Source of the DNA: Candidatus Curtissbacteria bacterium
Lineage (GTDB): Bacteria > Patescibacteriota > Microgenomatia > Curtissbacterales > GWA2-41-24
Direction: 5' to 3'
Assembly: GCA_024654445.1 (NCBI GenBank)
Contig: JANLHP010000017.1
Location: forward strand, 210,524-268,154
Length of the DNA: 57,631 bases
Made by a program: the position numbers and the translations under genes
Part shown: piece by piece, positions 1-9,476 of the stretch
Position numbering within the stretch: the first letter of the stretch is position 1
Layout of the letters: each line of letters starts with the position of its first letter
Notes under the pieces: model-generated
The model's input: only the letters and a program-made list of their open reading frames with translations
Told to the model about the DNA's origin: nothing
Databases searched by the model: none

Positions 1-121
1 ATGTTGTCGACATAACAAGTGCGACTGTGCCATTTTTAAGAATCACCAGGTTGTCGATGATGTCCTCGATGTCCAGATGTGCCTGAGTTGAAGCTGTGGT
101 TTTGGACTGTTTTTTAGCCAT
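1..121 (-). CDS. partial CDS (5' end only, continues past left edge); hypothetical, positional candidate for the VirB4/PrgJ-type ATPase that usually follows a PrgI-like gene
   Basis: ATG at 119-121 on minus strand, open to window edge: MAKKQSKTTASTQAHLDIEDIIDNLVILKNGTVALVMSTT...; too short for the ORF track. Confidence 0.4.
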   Translation of the reverse strand, partial: MAKKQSKTTASTQAHLDIEDIIDNLVILKNGTVALVMSTT

Positions 122-236
122 ATTGGTTTTAATTTCTAATTTAAAATTTCTAATTTTTAATCAAATTCTAAAATCTAATTTTTAAAACATTAATTCATTG
201 AAAATTCATTAAAAATTTCAAATTAAGAATTAAAAA

Positions 237-1580
237 TTATGAATCATTGTTTAGTTTTATTTCCATTGGGTTGACGATTTGCCCGTTTAGGTCTATTTGA
301 AGTGTGTGTGGAGTCTGTTGGGTTTGAGACTCTATTTCTACTGTGTAGGCGCCGTTTCGGAGCGGGGTAGTGGAGAGAAATTGGCCATTCTTGTTGGTTT
401 TTAAGGCTCTTACAGGTACGCCATCGCGATCCTTAACGATTAGGATGACATTTTCTATGGGAGCCCCGTCATTGTTCTTGATAAATCCAGAAACTACGTT
501 TGGTGTTGAGCCTATCGGGTTTGCGATAGGATTTTGGACAGGTGGCGTTGGTGGCACAATACTTTGCATAGTTTCTTGAGGAGCCGCAGGCGTGTTTTCA
601 ACTGGCGCAACGGTGGTTTCTTGAGAGCCTTCTTCGCCACCAAAGCGTTTTTTTAACTCCTCTGAAATTTCAAAGCGTCTTTCTCCCAATATCGGAAGCT
701 TGGAAAGATCAAAGCCTTCTGGGGGCGCGAAGTGGAGTTTTCTGGTGCGAGTCTTTCCGATGCCATGTATCAGCCTAGTATTCTCGCCTGGGGGTTTAAT
801 AGAAATTACGTTTTCGATAGTGAAGTTTGCTTCTGACGCGAGCCTCGTTTTTACGTTCGGTGGAGCGATATTTACCGTTTGGTGAGGAGGTTCTTGCTGC
901 TTTAGCCTCTTTTCGAGGCCGGGGATTGCGTATGGCTTGGCGAAATGGGCGATTTTGGGGCTGCTTGTGGGGGCTGCGTGTACAGATGTAGCTTCGCCCA
1001 ACTGTGGAAGAGATTCCGGGGCAAGAAATTGTCCTTCTTCACGAGGTTTTGTCGGCCAGGAAATTACGGGGGGCAATTTGCCAGTAAGCGTTTCTTGGGT
1101 GGGAATTTGAGGGCTAAGGCCGAGCCTTTGAAGCGCGATTTGTTCTTTCGTATCTAAAGGAGAGGATTGTTGTTGGGGCAGGGTTCTCAGGTACGCGTCG
1201 AGGCGCTCTCTGCCTTGGGCGGTGACAGGCTCCTGGTTTAAGTCCTGGTTTGAAACTAAAGAAGTGACGACATTGAGATATTCGGGCACCCTCGTCTCTT
1301 TAACCCAAACTCTTTGAGTAGGAGAAGTGACCGCCTTTATGAAATCTACGAGCCATTTGTCTAACGGCCTGCCTTGAATGGGAATGAGCGCTGAAAAGAG
1401 GGCAAAAAGGCCGATTACGAGGGCAAGCGGAAGCCTAACTACGGCTGGAAGTGGGGAAAAAAAGGTTAAAACGGCGACGGACATCGGGATTGCCAAAGTT
1501 ATAAATTGGCGGATGGTCAAATTCCCAAAGAGCTTGAATTGGAATGAAGCTATATGCTGCGGGACAGGATGTTGTTCCAT
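237..1580 (-). CDS. PrgI-family T4SS membrane protein with long Pro/Gln-rich linker and C-terminal carboxypeptidase-regulatory-like beta domain
   Basis: N-terminus VPQHIASFQFKLFGNLTIRQFITLAI + two TM helices matches the PrgI pattern; C-terminus VVSGFIKNNDGAPIENVILIVKDRDGVPVRALKTNKNGQF resembles CarboxypepD_reg-type repeats. Confidence 0.65.
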   Translation of the reverse strand: MEQHPVPQHIASFQFKLFGNLTIRQFITLAIPMSVAVLTFFSPLPAVVRLPLALVIGLFALFSALIPIQGRPLDKWLVDFIKAVTSPTQRVWVKETRVPEYLNVVTSLVSNQDLNQEPVTAQGRERLDAYLRTLPQQQSSPLDTKEQIALQRLGLSPQIPTQETLTGKLPPVISWPTKPREEGQFLAPESLPQLGEATSVHAAPTSSPKIAHFAKPYAIPGLEKRLKQQEPPHQTVNIAPPNVKTRLASEANFTIENVISIKPPGENTRLIHGIGKTRTRKLHFAPPEGFDLSKLPILGERRFEISEELKKRFGGEEGSQETTVAPVENTPAAPQETMQSIVPPTPPVQNPIANPIGSTPNVVSGFIKNNDGAPIENVILIVKDRDGVPVRALKTNKNGQFLSTTPLRNGAYTVEIESQTQQTPHTLQIDLNGQIVNPMEIKLNNDS

Positions 1581-1874
1581 GGGCGTAAATCGGTTAATCG
1601 CTGAATCGATAAATTGCTAAATAGATTAATCGCATAATCGCTGAAATTGTCACTGTGTTGTGGCTAGAACGATTGAACAGTTAAACGATTCACCAATTTC
1701 ACAAATTTAACGATTTAACTATATATCAATGTAACGATTAAACCTTAACATATGAAACAAGGTGCGAATAGTAGAACATTTAGTCTCAAAAACCTGACAT
1801 TTTCACAAAAATTTACCTTTTCAGAAAACTCAGCCAAATCAGAAAACCGGGCCTCAATCGGAAAATCGGAGAAA

Positions 1875-2029
1875 AGGTCTCCCTGAGTTCAAAGGTGAAA
1901 TCCTTCGTGATTTAAGGTGGCATCCTTGCTTGCCCGCCTTTGGAGGGAGTTTTTGAAAGGTGCCCTACCTTAAATCTAAAAAGTACTTCCAGGTATTTAA
2001 GGTCTCACCTTAAAGAAGGGTGAGACCTT
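1875..2029. repeat. mosaic repeat block: degenerate A hairpin, short C element (1910-1975, reverse orientation), perfect A hairpin AAGGTCTCACC-n9-GGTGAGACCTT (1999-2029)
   Basis: read directly; C element ATTTAAGGTGGCATCC…GGTGCCCTACCTTAAAT. Confidence 0.8.
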
Positions 2030-2186
2030 CTTTAAGACTTTACTGACACTCTGACCATCTGACTTTCTGAGTATTCCGAGTTTTTTGGGTGTCTTTTCCT
2101 GTCCGGATTCGTGTCAGGGTTAAGTCAAGCAACTATAGGACAAGTCGGTATAATTGGCCAAAGTGAAGGAGCACTTAGAAATATAA

Positions 2187-5100
2187 ATGAGTATGGAACT
2201 TGATATAATTCAACTAATGCCTGAAGGAACCTCCCGTAGAAAAGAGGACGAGTATCCTCAAGACGAGCTGAAAAAAGACGCCCAAGCTGAAAAATCGAGG
2301 GCTGAGGCTAAAGCACGTGAGAAGGATAAAAGAGAGGCTGAGCGCAAAGGCAGGCAAAAAGAGAATGAGGCGCAGGTAAAGAACAACGAAGACGCTGCTT
2401 CTCAGGCACAAAAAACTCCCAAAAAACAAGAAGAGGAAGAAGAACGAGTAGTTGTCTTCAAAGACATGAGGGTTGCTTCAGAACTTTCAAACGCGGTTCG
2501 CAATAAGCAAGATATTGTTGCTTCAGAAGACGAACTTCAATCCTTAAGAAATATTCTGACGGTTGTTGGCAATGATTTGAAAGATGTCGAAAAGATGTCT
2601 GTCGGTCAAATGTTGGTTGCCGTTCAAGAAGTTGCGCAGGATGAGCGTATTGTTGTGGCTGACGCTGAGGAAGAGGACTGGCTGAATGAGAAGGGACAAC
2701 CCGAAAGAGTCGCAGAGGAGAAAGAAGTGCAGCAGTTGATAGAGACTGCCAGAAGTAAGGACGAAGTGAAGCTCGATGCAGAAAAAGTCGAAAAGTATGT
2801 GAAGGTCTCGACAGAAAAAGTAAGTAAACCCAGGGCTAAGGCCGCAGTACAACAAGCGGAAATTGATCCTGACAGTCGTGCGCTCAAGCTCGAGGGCGAG
2901 GGTGGGACAACGTATGTCGTTGCCACATCCAAGCGACTTTACAACTTAGAACATCGCCAAGTAGAAGCTGTTTTCAGGTCGCAGGGCGTCGATGTCAAAG
3001 TGCCGAGTGCTGAAAGATGGAATAGGGCGAGCGGTTGGGTGCGTCAAAAATGGTTACACAAACACGACATTGTTAACACTACCGAATTGCCGGAGGTGGA
3101 TGACGAGGGACGATTTATATACAAGGACAGAGGACACGGGATGACTTTTGTGGTGGCCAAGGATGGTACCAAAAAAGGACTTATTTATGGTCAACGAGGC
3201 CGAGATATAGACTTTGACGCGCTTAATGGACTGGTAGCCCGAGCCGGGATCGATGTTGATATAGAAAAACCAGAGGGTTGGGAAGATATGTCTTTTGATA
3301 GAAAGAAAGACTTGTTTAGAGAAAAGGAGATCTTCTTGCCTTTACCCGCATCCGGTGGTGCTGGTGGGGGTGTTATTTACTATGACACGCAAGACTTAGG
3401 TGTGGAGATGGTGGCGGGTCCTCCAGGTACTCCACCCAGGCGTCAGTTGAATCACCAGGAGGCAACCACGCTTTTGATGAGAAGGCTAGTTGATCTGGAT
3501 ACTGACGAGCTGACGCAACCCGCTGCGAATGTCGATAGACAAGAAGTTTTTGAAAGGCTGAGAGATGTTTCGGGGGAATATTATGACATTCTCCGTAACA
3601 CCCGAGGTATCCCTTACGAGCGTTATAAAGGTACTGTAATTGAAGTTTCGCTAATTGAGCTTAAAGCTTTAGAGTCTCTTGAGCGAAATATGGGCACTGC
3701 AGCTTTCGCTACCTCCGGTTATGAGGCTGAACGACAAGCACTTTATAGAGAGTTAGCGGACATTGGGTCTACAGAGGAAATTCTTCATAGAATAATTTAT
3801 ATAAAAACAGAGCCTGTTCCTGGGCCTCCAACGCCCGCTCAACATGACGAACTTCAAGCCCTGATTGGAGCAGTCGAATTTCAAGTCGGGACTGCTGAGA
3901 ATTTGGCAGCAGCTAAGGGTGAAGGATTCAGGTTGGTGAACAACGTGATAAAGGGTCTGGAAAAGCAGGAAGTTTTAACGCAAAAGATTCCGAACCAGAG
4001 AGATGTCCTTGATGACACAATTTCTGAGACACGAAGGAAGGATTTGAGGGCTTTGTTAAAGGAGATGGGTGGGCATTTTAAGGAAGTAGAGAGGCAGATC
4101 GGAGTGAAGGCAAAGAATTCTCTTTACATTCCCCTCAATGAAAAAATAGATGAATTGGAAAAGTTGGCAAGTATGGGAAGCACTAATAAGGACGAGATCG
4201 ATGAGCAGCTATATATTTTTGCTTTAAGTTTGCCTTCACCTCGCGGCACAGAAGGACTTTTGGAGTGGCGCGCGGCTATTTCTACAGAAGGGGTTGAAAG
4301 GAACATTTTGCGACAGGCGGAGGTGGGTGTACCTCGCGCTTGGAGTGAATCGGAGAGAAACGCTGAAAATAACTTTAGATACATAGAATCTTCGGACCTT
4401 TCCCAGGAAGAAGTGCGTGCCGCTCTCGGAAACGTTGTCGCAATTTCCGAGGCATTGTCGCGTATCAAAGGAACTGAAAGGATTGACGCTCTACGAATGA
4501 AAGAGAAGATAGACAAGCAAAAACTCGCGGTAGAAGGTAAATATTATCAAAGAAAATTGACGTGGAATGGCGACGGGAACCCGGAGAAGTTTATTCAGAT
4601 TTTTGAAGGTGACCAATGGAATGATGAAACGAGGGGTGTTTTTCAATCGAGGTTTGACAGAGATCATGAAGGGAACGAATACAAAGGGACTGATAACTTC
4701 GGCAACGAAGTAAAATTTAACATGGCTGATTTGTCCACAACGACTTGGTATAGACAACTTTATCGCGACCACGAGGATTTTAATTTGATAGAACCTTTGA
4801 CAGCTTTAAACATCTCGGCACAAATAGTACGGGGTGACGCTACGTGTAACCAAATTGAGGGGATGCTTCGGAGAAGGCTTTTGGATTCGGAGATAACGAG
4901 ATTGAACGAATTAAGGCAGATTTTTAAGAATGAGGTTACACCCGAGGTTTCCTTAATTCCGAATCGTCCTCCCGGTCCCCCTTCCGATGCTGAAATTGAC
5001 AAGTATTGGGCTGACCCGAAAAATGCCGAAGGTATTATCTCTGCTTGGCATAAGAGGACTACTCTTGTGGGTGCGCATGGCAAGGATGATAGTGTTGCCA

Positions 5101-6398
5101 ATGTTGCTCTTGCTCAGCAAAAAAAGGACGTTTGGAAAGGCAGAATACATCAGGATTTAGTAGATCGCTTAAGGAACGAATTCCACATAAGTAACGAGAC
5201 CATAGAAGAATGGGAAGAAGCAGGTTTACTGGATCAGGCTGTAAATGTGGGCTATTGGGAAGGGTACATGGATTCGGCTTTTTCGGAGTTTGGACTTGTG
5301 AGGATTTTTGACAGGAGGAAAGTGTTCTATCGTTTGGATAATGCAAAAATTATGGGAATACCGCCTGCGGGTGGAGGACCTGCTGGGTATGAAAATATGG
5401 ACAACGTTGTCCATTACCAGGTGTATTCTTCGGTCTACGGAGAAGAAAGCAATATTTATAACCAACGAAGGATAGATTTTGGTCCTGAATGGATTCTCGA
5501 TGAACTTAGGGGGAAAACAGGCAAAAACGTAGACAGGGATTTGGATACAAATACGGTATTATGGGAAAAAATGCTTGGCAAAAGAAGGGGTATGCTTCAC
5601 AACAATAGGATGTCAGTAAAGTACACAAGCGATAAATTCCGAGAATCGAAAGATTTTGCGCCAAAACTTTTAACAGCTAAAGCCAAAGAATATGGCTATA
5701 GTACTTTTGAGGATTTTAAGAAACTATTAAAGGATACGATGAATAATTTGGACAATGTAAGAACTTTGGACATCAACGATGATGAATTTGATGAATCCTG
5801 GGCAAGAGGGGCCGCTCTAGCGGAGTTATTCGAGGACGGCTTTCTCTCTTTTGAGGGAATTAATTGGAGCGAAGTCTACAATAATAACGACACAAACGTT
5901 TCCAAATTCAACATGGGTGACTGGACGGGCGATCGTAAATCGACGTGGGATTTTTATGGGACAGAAGGTTTGCAACGCTACCTGAAAACGCCGAACACTA
6001 AGATTTTCTTCGATGTTATGAGTGAAAAGTTCTTCTATTCCAAGAGGGAAAATCGGCTTAAGTCTTGGTACAAAATAGTGCTTCCTGCGCATTTCGAAAT
6101 TGGGGATCACTGGAAGGAATGGTATAGCTCGAACTACAACATGACTAGCGCCGAGAAGGAAGAGATGATCGAAGAGGCCGTTTCTATCAACCGATTGGAA
6201 AAAGAGGCTGAGAGTGCTTTTAAAGCGCAGAATTTAGGAATACTTCCGGTTCGCAGAGCATTTCAATTTTATGAAACATGGAGAATAATAGCTGAAGAGA
6301 CAATCACTAAAAGATCTTTCAATCTTTTCCTCAATTTCTTACTAGAAATGTTTAAAGGAATGTTTGGGCAATCAATGGCTCAGCTAGAGGGAAAATAA
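2187..6398 (+). CDS. 1403-aa hypothetical protein, no recognisable domain; K/E-rich N-terminus, no signal peptide or TM
   Basis: single uninterrupted ORF, AGGAG at 2167-2171, TATAAT at 2149-2154; all antisense ORFs are short. Confidence 0.85.
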   Translation: MSMELDIIQLMPEGTSRRKEDEYPQDELKKDAQAEKSRAEAKAREKDKREAERKGRQKENEAQVKNNEDAASQAQKTPKKQEEEEERVVVFKDMRVASELSNAVRNKQDIVASEDELQSLRNILTVVGNDLKDVEKMSVGQMLVAVQEVAQDERIVVADAEEEDWLNEKGQPERVAEEKEVQQLIETARSKDEVKLDAEKVEKYVKVSTEKVSKPRAKAAVQQAEIDPDSRALKLEGEGGTTYVVATSKRLYNLEHRQVEAVFRSQGVDVKVPSAERWNRASGWVRQKWLHKHDIVNTTELPEVDDEGRFIYKDRGHGMTFVVAKDGTKKGLIYGQRGRDIDFDALNGLVARAGIDVDIEKPEGWEDMSFDRKKDLFREKEIFLPLPASGGAGGGVIYYDTQDLGVEMVAGPPGTPPRRQLNHQEATTLLMRRLVDLDTDELTQPAANVDRQEVFERLRDVSGEYYDILRNTRGIPYERYKGTVIEVSLIELKALESLERNMGTAAFATSGYEAERQALYRELADIGSTEEILHRIIYIKTEPVPGPPTPAQHDELQALIGAVEFQVGTAENLAAAKGEGFRLVNNVIKGLEKQEVLTQKIPNQRDVLDDTISETRRKDLRALLKEMGGHFKEVERQIGVKAKNSLYIPLNEKIDELEKLASMGSTNKDEIDEQLYIFALSLPSPRGTEGLLEWRAAISTEGVERNILRQAEVGVPRAWSESERNAENNFRYIESSDLSQEEVRAALGNVVAISEALSRIKGTERIDALRMKEKIDKQKLAVEGKYYQRKLTWNGDGNPEKFIQIFEGDQWNDETRGVFQSRFDRDHEGNEYKGTDNFGNEVKFNMADLSTTTWYRQLYRDHEDFNLIEPLTALNISAQIVRGDATCNQIEGMLRRRLLDSEITRLNELRQIFKNEVTPEVSLIPNRPPGPPSDAEIDKYWADPKNAEGIISAWHKRTTLVGAHGKDDSVANVALAQQKKDVWKGRIHQDLVDRLRNEFHISNETIEEWEEAGLLDQAVNVGYWEGYMDSAFSEFGLVRIFDRRKVFYRLDNAKIMGIPPAGGGPAGYENMDNVVHYQVYSSVYGEESNIYNQRRIDFGPEWILDELRGKTGKNVDRDLDTNTVLWEKMLGKRRGMLHNNRMSVKYTSDKFRESKDFAPKLLTAKAKEYGYSTFEDFKKLLKDTMNNLDNVRTLDINDDEFDESWARGAALAELFEDGFLSFEGINWSEVYNNNDTNVSKFNMGDWTGDRKSTWDFYGTEGLQRYLKTPNTKIFFDVMSEKFFYSKRENRLKSWYKIVLPAHFEIGDHWKEWYSSNYNMTSAEKEEMIEEAVSINRLEKEAESAFKAQNLGILPVRRAFQFYETWRIIAEETITKRSFNLFLNFLLEMFKGMFGQSMAQLEGK

Positions 6399-6458
6399 CG
6401 TCTTCGGCGACCAAATTAATGTTCTAATCCTAAAACTGAAGCCTTTACGTTCTCTCCA

Positions 6459-7940
6459 TTATTCTTCGCGCGGTCCGGGTCTTGTGTGCATTTCCTTTCC
6501 ATACATACCCCTGCTATAAATTCTCTCAAATGCAGCTTCTCTGGTCGCGTGGGCTCGTGCTTCACCGACTGGTTTATACGCTTCTCTAAATGGTCTGGCC
6601 GCAAGACTACCCGCAGCTCCAACAGCTGCTACGCCGCCCCCGATATTCAATCCGCCTTTGACTCCAAACCTATCTTTTACAAGTTGCGCCGCGCTCGGGG
6701 TCATCAGCAAGAATCCCAAGCCGATTAAACTCCCTATATTATTGAGGCCAAGGTTACCAGAAAGAAGGGGAAATTGTCCAATGTCGCCCGGTTTAAACGC
6801 GGGTTGGTCGTTTATGCCTCCTAGGTTACCAACGCCGGAAAGTATGCCCGCGAAAATGAACATTATCGCGACAACTGGAAAAACGGCTATATTGGCGCCT
6901 AGCTGCCTGAACCATTCTCTGGCGCCGTTATTACCAGGCATTGCCTGGACCAATAGTAGAAAAGGTCCGAAAACTGTAAGGATGATAATGGTTACGTAAG
7001 CCATCAAAAGCATGAAGAAAACCCGGAACATGATGAAAAGCATCGCTATTGCTAAAATTATGCCGGCTATTGACCCTCCAAACATGCCGACCACCTTGGA
7101 CAAAAATCCATCTCCAAATAATTGACTAATAAGGTTTTGGATAGCCGTAAAAACTTGATCGAATATTCCCGTAAGTGAGCCCATGACTACGCTAAACACG
7201 TTCGATTTAACTACGTTTTGAGCATTTTCGTTAACAAGGCCCGCTTGTTCAAGAGTAGTTATTACAACGTTTAGAAAAACGAACATTAGGTCTATCATGA
7301 GGCCAACTATCGCGTAACTGAAGGTGACAAGAATTAAGGCGATAACGATTCTCGGTATGGAATCTTGAACTGTAGCGACTGCCTGCGGGGAAATGTGTGT
7401 GCGGAACATGACCATAAAGCCAATGATGACAAAAACTATCACGAAGCCCATGTAGGAAATATTGCGAAAGACGGTCCATAAATTCTGGACTGGTGTTAAG
7501 GCTTGGTAGCCGATTCCCTGGGCGTAGGCCGGCTGAATCGGGTTAAACCTTTCTATTTGTTGCGCGAAGTATTGAGTGCCGGAAGCGGGGGGAGTCGTGA
7601 TTATGCCTGCGACCATTCTGCCTGTTACGTTGAGCGCTCCGGTGGTTTTTGTAACGTCGTTTGTTTCTGAGTGGAGCTGAGAATGACCTGTCAAAAGCGT
7701 GAGCAAGCTGTCGGCAGTTCCCGCGATTTGGTTTAAGTTGAATATTTTATCGTCGTAAACTTGTTTAGTTACAGCCGTTGTGTTGAGTTCTCTGATGCTT
7801 TCAGCTGCGTCGAGAGGTGTTTGAGCGTAGACTGGCGACAGAGTTAAGAGAATAGAGAGTAGAGCTAAAAGCGCAAAAATTACTAAAGCGATTGACAATT
7901 TACGATTAACAATTAACGATAAAACGGCAGTTATTTTCAT
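6459..7940 (-). CDS. polytopic membrane protein, VirB6/TrbL-like
   Basis: signal-like N-terminus (…LTLSPVYAQ), then at least 6 hydrophobic helices and a Gly-rich tail; context within T4SS-like locus. Confidence 0.5.
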   Translation of the reverse strand: MKITAVLSLIVNRKLSIALVIFALLALLSILLTLSPVYAQTPLDAAESIRELNTTAVTKQVYDDKIFNLNQIAGTADSLLTLLTGHSQLHSETNDVTKTTGALNVTGRMVAGIITTPPASGTQYFAQQIERFNPIQPAYAQGIGYQALTPVQNLWTVFRNISYMGFVIVFVIIGFMVMFRTHISPQAVATVQDSIPRIVIALILVTFSYAIVGLMIDLMFVFLNVVITTLEQAGLVNENAQNVVKSNVFSVVMGSLTGIFDQVFTAIQNLISQLFGDGFLSKVVGMFGGSIAGIILAIAMLFIMFRVFFMLLMAYVTIIILTVFGPFLLLVQAMPGNNGAREWFRQLGANIAVFPVVAIMFIFAGILSGVGNLGGINDQPAFKPGDIGQFPLLSGNLGLNNIGSLIGLGFLLMTPSAAQLVKDRFGVKGGLNIGGGVAAVGAAGSLAARPFREAYKPVGEARAHATREAAFERIYSRGMYGKEMHTRPGPREE

Positions 7941-8006
7941 GCGGGCTGTAGCCGACTTGTGTGGCTTAATTCCATATTAGGAGTAAAGGGTAGGGTAGGT
8001 CAAATG

Positions 8007-9125
8007 TTAAGAGGCTTTCTGTTGGTCTGCCAGTTGGTCCTTAAGGGTTGCTGGTACTTCTGTGGTGCTTACCGCCGCGGCTCGCGGCAATCCTCTTATA
8101 AATTCTTCAACCATTGCAAGGAGAAGAGATCTTCTCCCTGGGTCGTTCTCCTTAATGGCTTGGAGCATTTTATCGGCCATTTTTACAAGATTTTCTTGGG
8201 TTTCCTTTAAGGCTTTGTTTGATTCTCGCAACTGACCTCTAAGCTCTGCCATTTGTTCCATTAGATCCCCGATTGCTTCTTCCTGGCGCTCGGGTGTGTT
8301 GGCTATTCGATTGAGCGCGTCTTTTATTTTGGGGTCTGAATCTGCCAGTTTCTGGGCTTCTTCGGGGTGATCTCTCACGAACTTATAAGCAGCTACATCG
8401 AGTTCATTTTGTATTATTTGCTCCCTTTCCTCAAGCGTTATACCCCTTGGGTCTGGATTTTCCGGGTCTTTTTCCTTTGCTTTCGTTTCTTTTGCTCTAA
8501 TTTCTGCGTCTCTTGCTGTTACTCTTGCTTCTGCTGCTTCTCGGACGTTTTCGTAGTCCGGAGTGCCTACATCTGAGACTTCGATTGGCTCGGACACAGC
8601 CTGTTTTTGAGCGTCGATTTTATCAAGTGCTGATTTTACAAGGGGATCTCTTCCGGCTAATGCTCTAGCTTGATCTGGGTGCTGCGTGGCATACGCGAAA
8701 GCGGCGATTTCAAGATTGTTTTGGCGGATTTGTGCTTTTAATTCGGGGGCGATATTTTCTCCTGCTGTTTCTCTTGCAGTGATGCTATCGTTTGTCGTTC
8801 TCTCGGCCTGGTCGACCATCGCTTGATAAGCAGGATCTTGTATTTGTTGTTCTGGAGCAGGAGGGGGAGGTGTGGGTGGTTCTGCGTGTGGAGGTAAGAC
8901 TTGAGGCGGATCTCCCTCACTCGGTACATGGGCAATTGTGCCTTGGGCTAATTCTTGTACGACTTGCTCTGTGCCGGCTCCACTGGCGGCTTGTTCAAGA
9001 GCGGCAGCCGCGTCAGGTCCTGTTGCTTCCGGCCCTGTTCTCGGAGGAACAGGTTCTGGGGGCGGAACGGGTCTGGGAGCTTCAACTGGTGTTACTGGAG
9101 GTACTTCTGTAAAATCTCCTGGCAT
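8007..9125 (-). CDS. hypothetical protein, Pro-rich N-terminus, internal ~60-aa duplication, C-terminal coiled coil
   Basis: ORF; duplicated motif NLEIAAFAYATQHPDQARALAGRDPLVKSALDKI / NELDVAAYKFVRDHPEEAQKLADSDPKIKDALNRI; start overlaps upstream stop (ATGA-type junction at 9125). Confidence 0.7.
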   Translation of the reverse strand: MPGDFTEVPPVTPVEAPRPVPPPEPVPPRTGPEATGPDAAAALEQAASGAGTEQVVQELAQGTIAHVPSEGDPPQVLPPHAEPPTPPPPAPEQQIQDPAYQAMVDQAERTTNDSITARETAGENIAPELKAQIRQNNLEIAAFAYATQHPDQARALAGRDPLVKSALDKIDAQKQAVSEPIEVSDVGTPDYENVREAAEARVTARDAEIRAKETKAKEKDPENPDPRGITLEEREQIIQNELDVAAYKFVRDHPEEAQKLADSDPKIKDALNRIANTPERQEEAIGDLMEQMAELRGQLRESNKALKETQENLVKMADKMLQAIKENDPGRRSLLLAMVEEFIRGLPRAAAVSTTEVPATLKDQLADQQKAS

Positions 9126-9454
9126 TATGCCGCCTTTCTGGCAACTTCTAGTGCTTCTTCTACTTTGCCGCCTCTTATTAATTGTTGCATCTGTGATACT
9201 GCCGCCTTTGCCTTTTCGTCCTCGTAAGGGGCAGCATGCTTTAAGTATACAGATTTTGCTTCGGGGTATTTTTCGCCAAGAGTATTAATTTTTCCCAGAA
9301 AATCCTCTTTATTGACAGCGGGCAGAATGGCTAGGAAATCGCGGGCAAGATTTTGGGCTTGGCCCATCGTAATTTTGCTCTCGCGCATGTGGGTGATGAT
9401 GTAAAAAAGGAGGTCTTTTTCGACGCTATCGGTCAATTGCTCGAGGTCGGTCAT
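9125..9454 (-). CDS. hypothetical 109-aa protein
   Basis: ORF translationally coupled to downstream gene. Confidence 0.6.
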   Translation of the reverse strand: MTDLEQLTDSVEKDLLFYIITHMRESKITMGQAQNLARDFLAILPAVNKEDFLGKINTLGEKYPEAKSVYLKHAAPYEDEKAKAAVSQMQQLIRGGKVEEALEVARKAA

Positions 9455-9476
9455 AACTAAATCATATCAAACGTAG

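Noticed and set aside
2214-6110. Nine antisense ORFs of 65-130 aa inside the 1403-aa gene (for example 2544-2855, 4124-4516, 4760-5101)
   Set aside because: They are shadow ORFs of a long, coherent sense frame. Their translations are low-complexity or Ser/Leu-rich, and none has a start context.
8367-9288. Plus-strand ORFs opposite the Pro-rich 372-aa gene
   Set aside because: They are typical antisense open frames of a GC/Pro-rich region. The minus-strand gene is translationally coupled to its neighbours.
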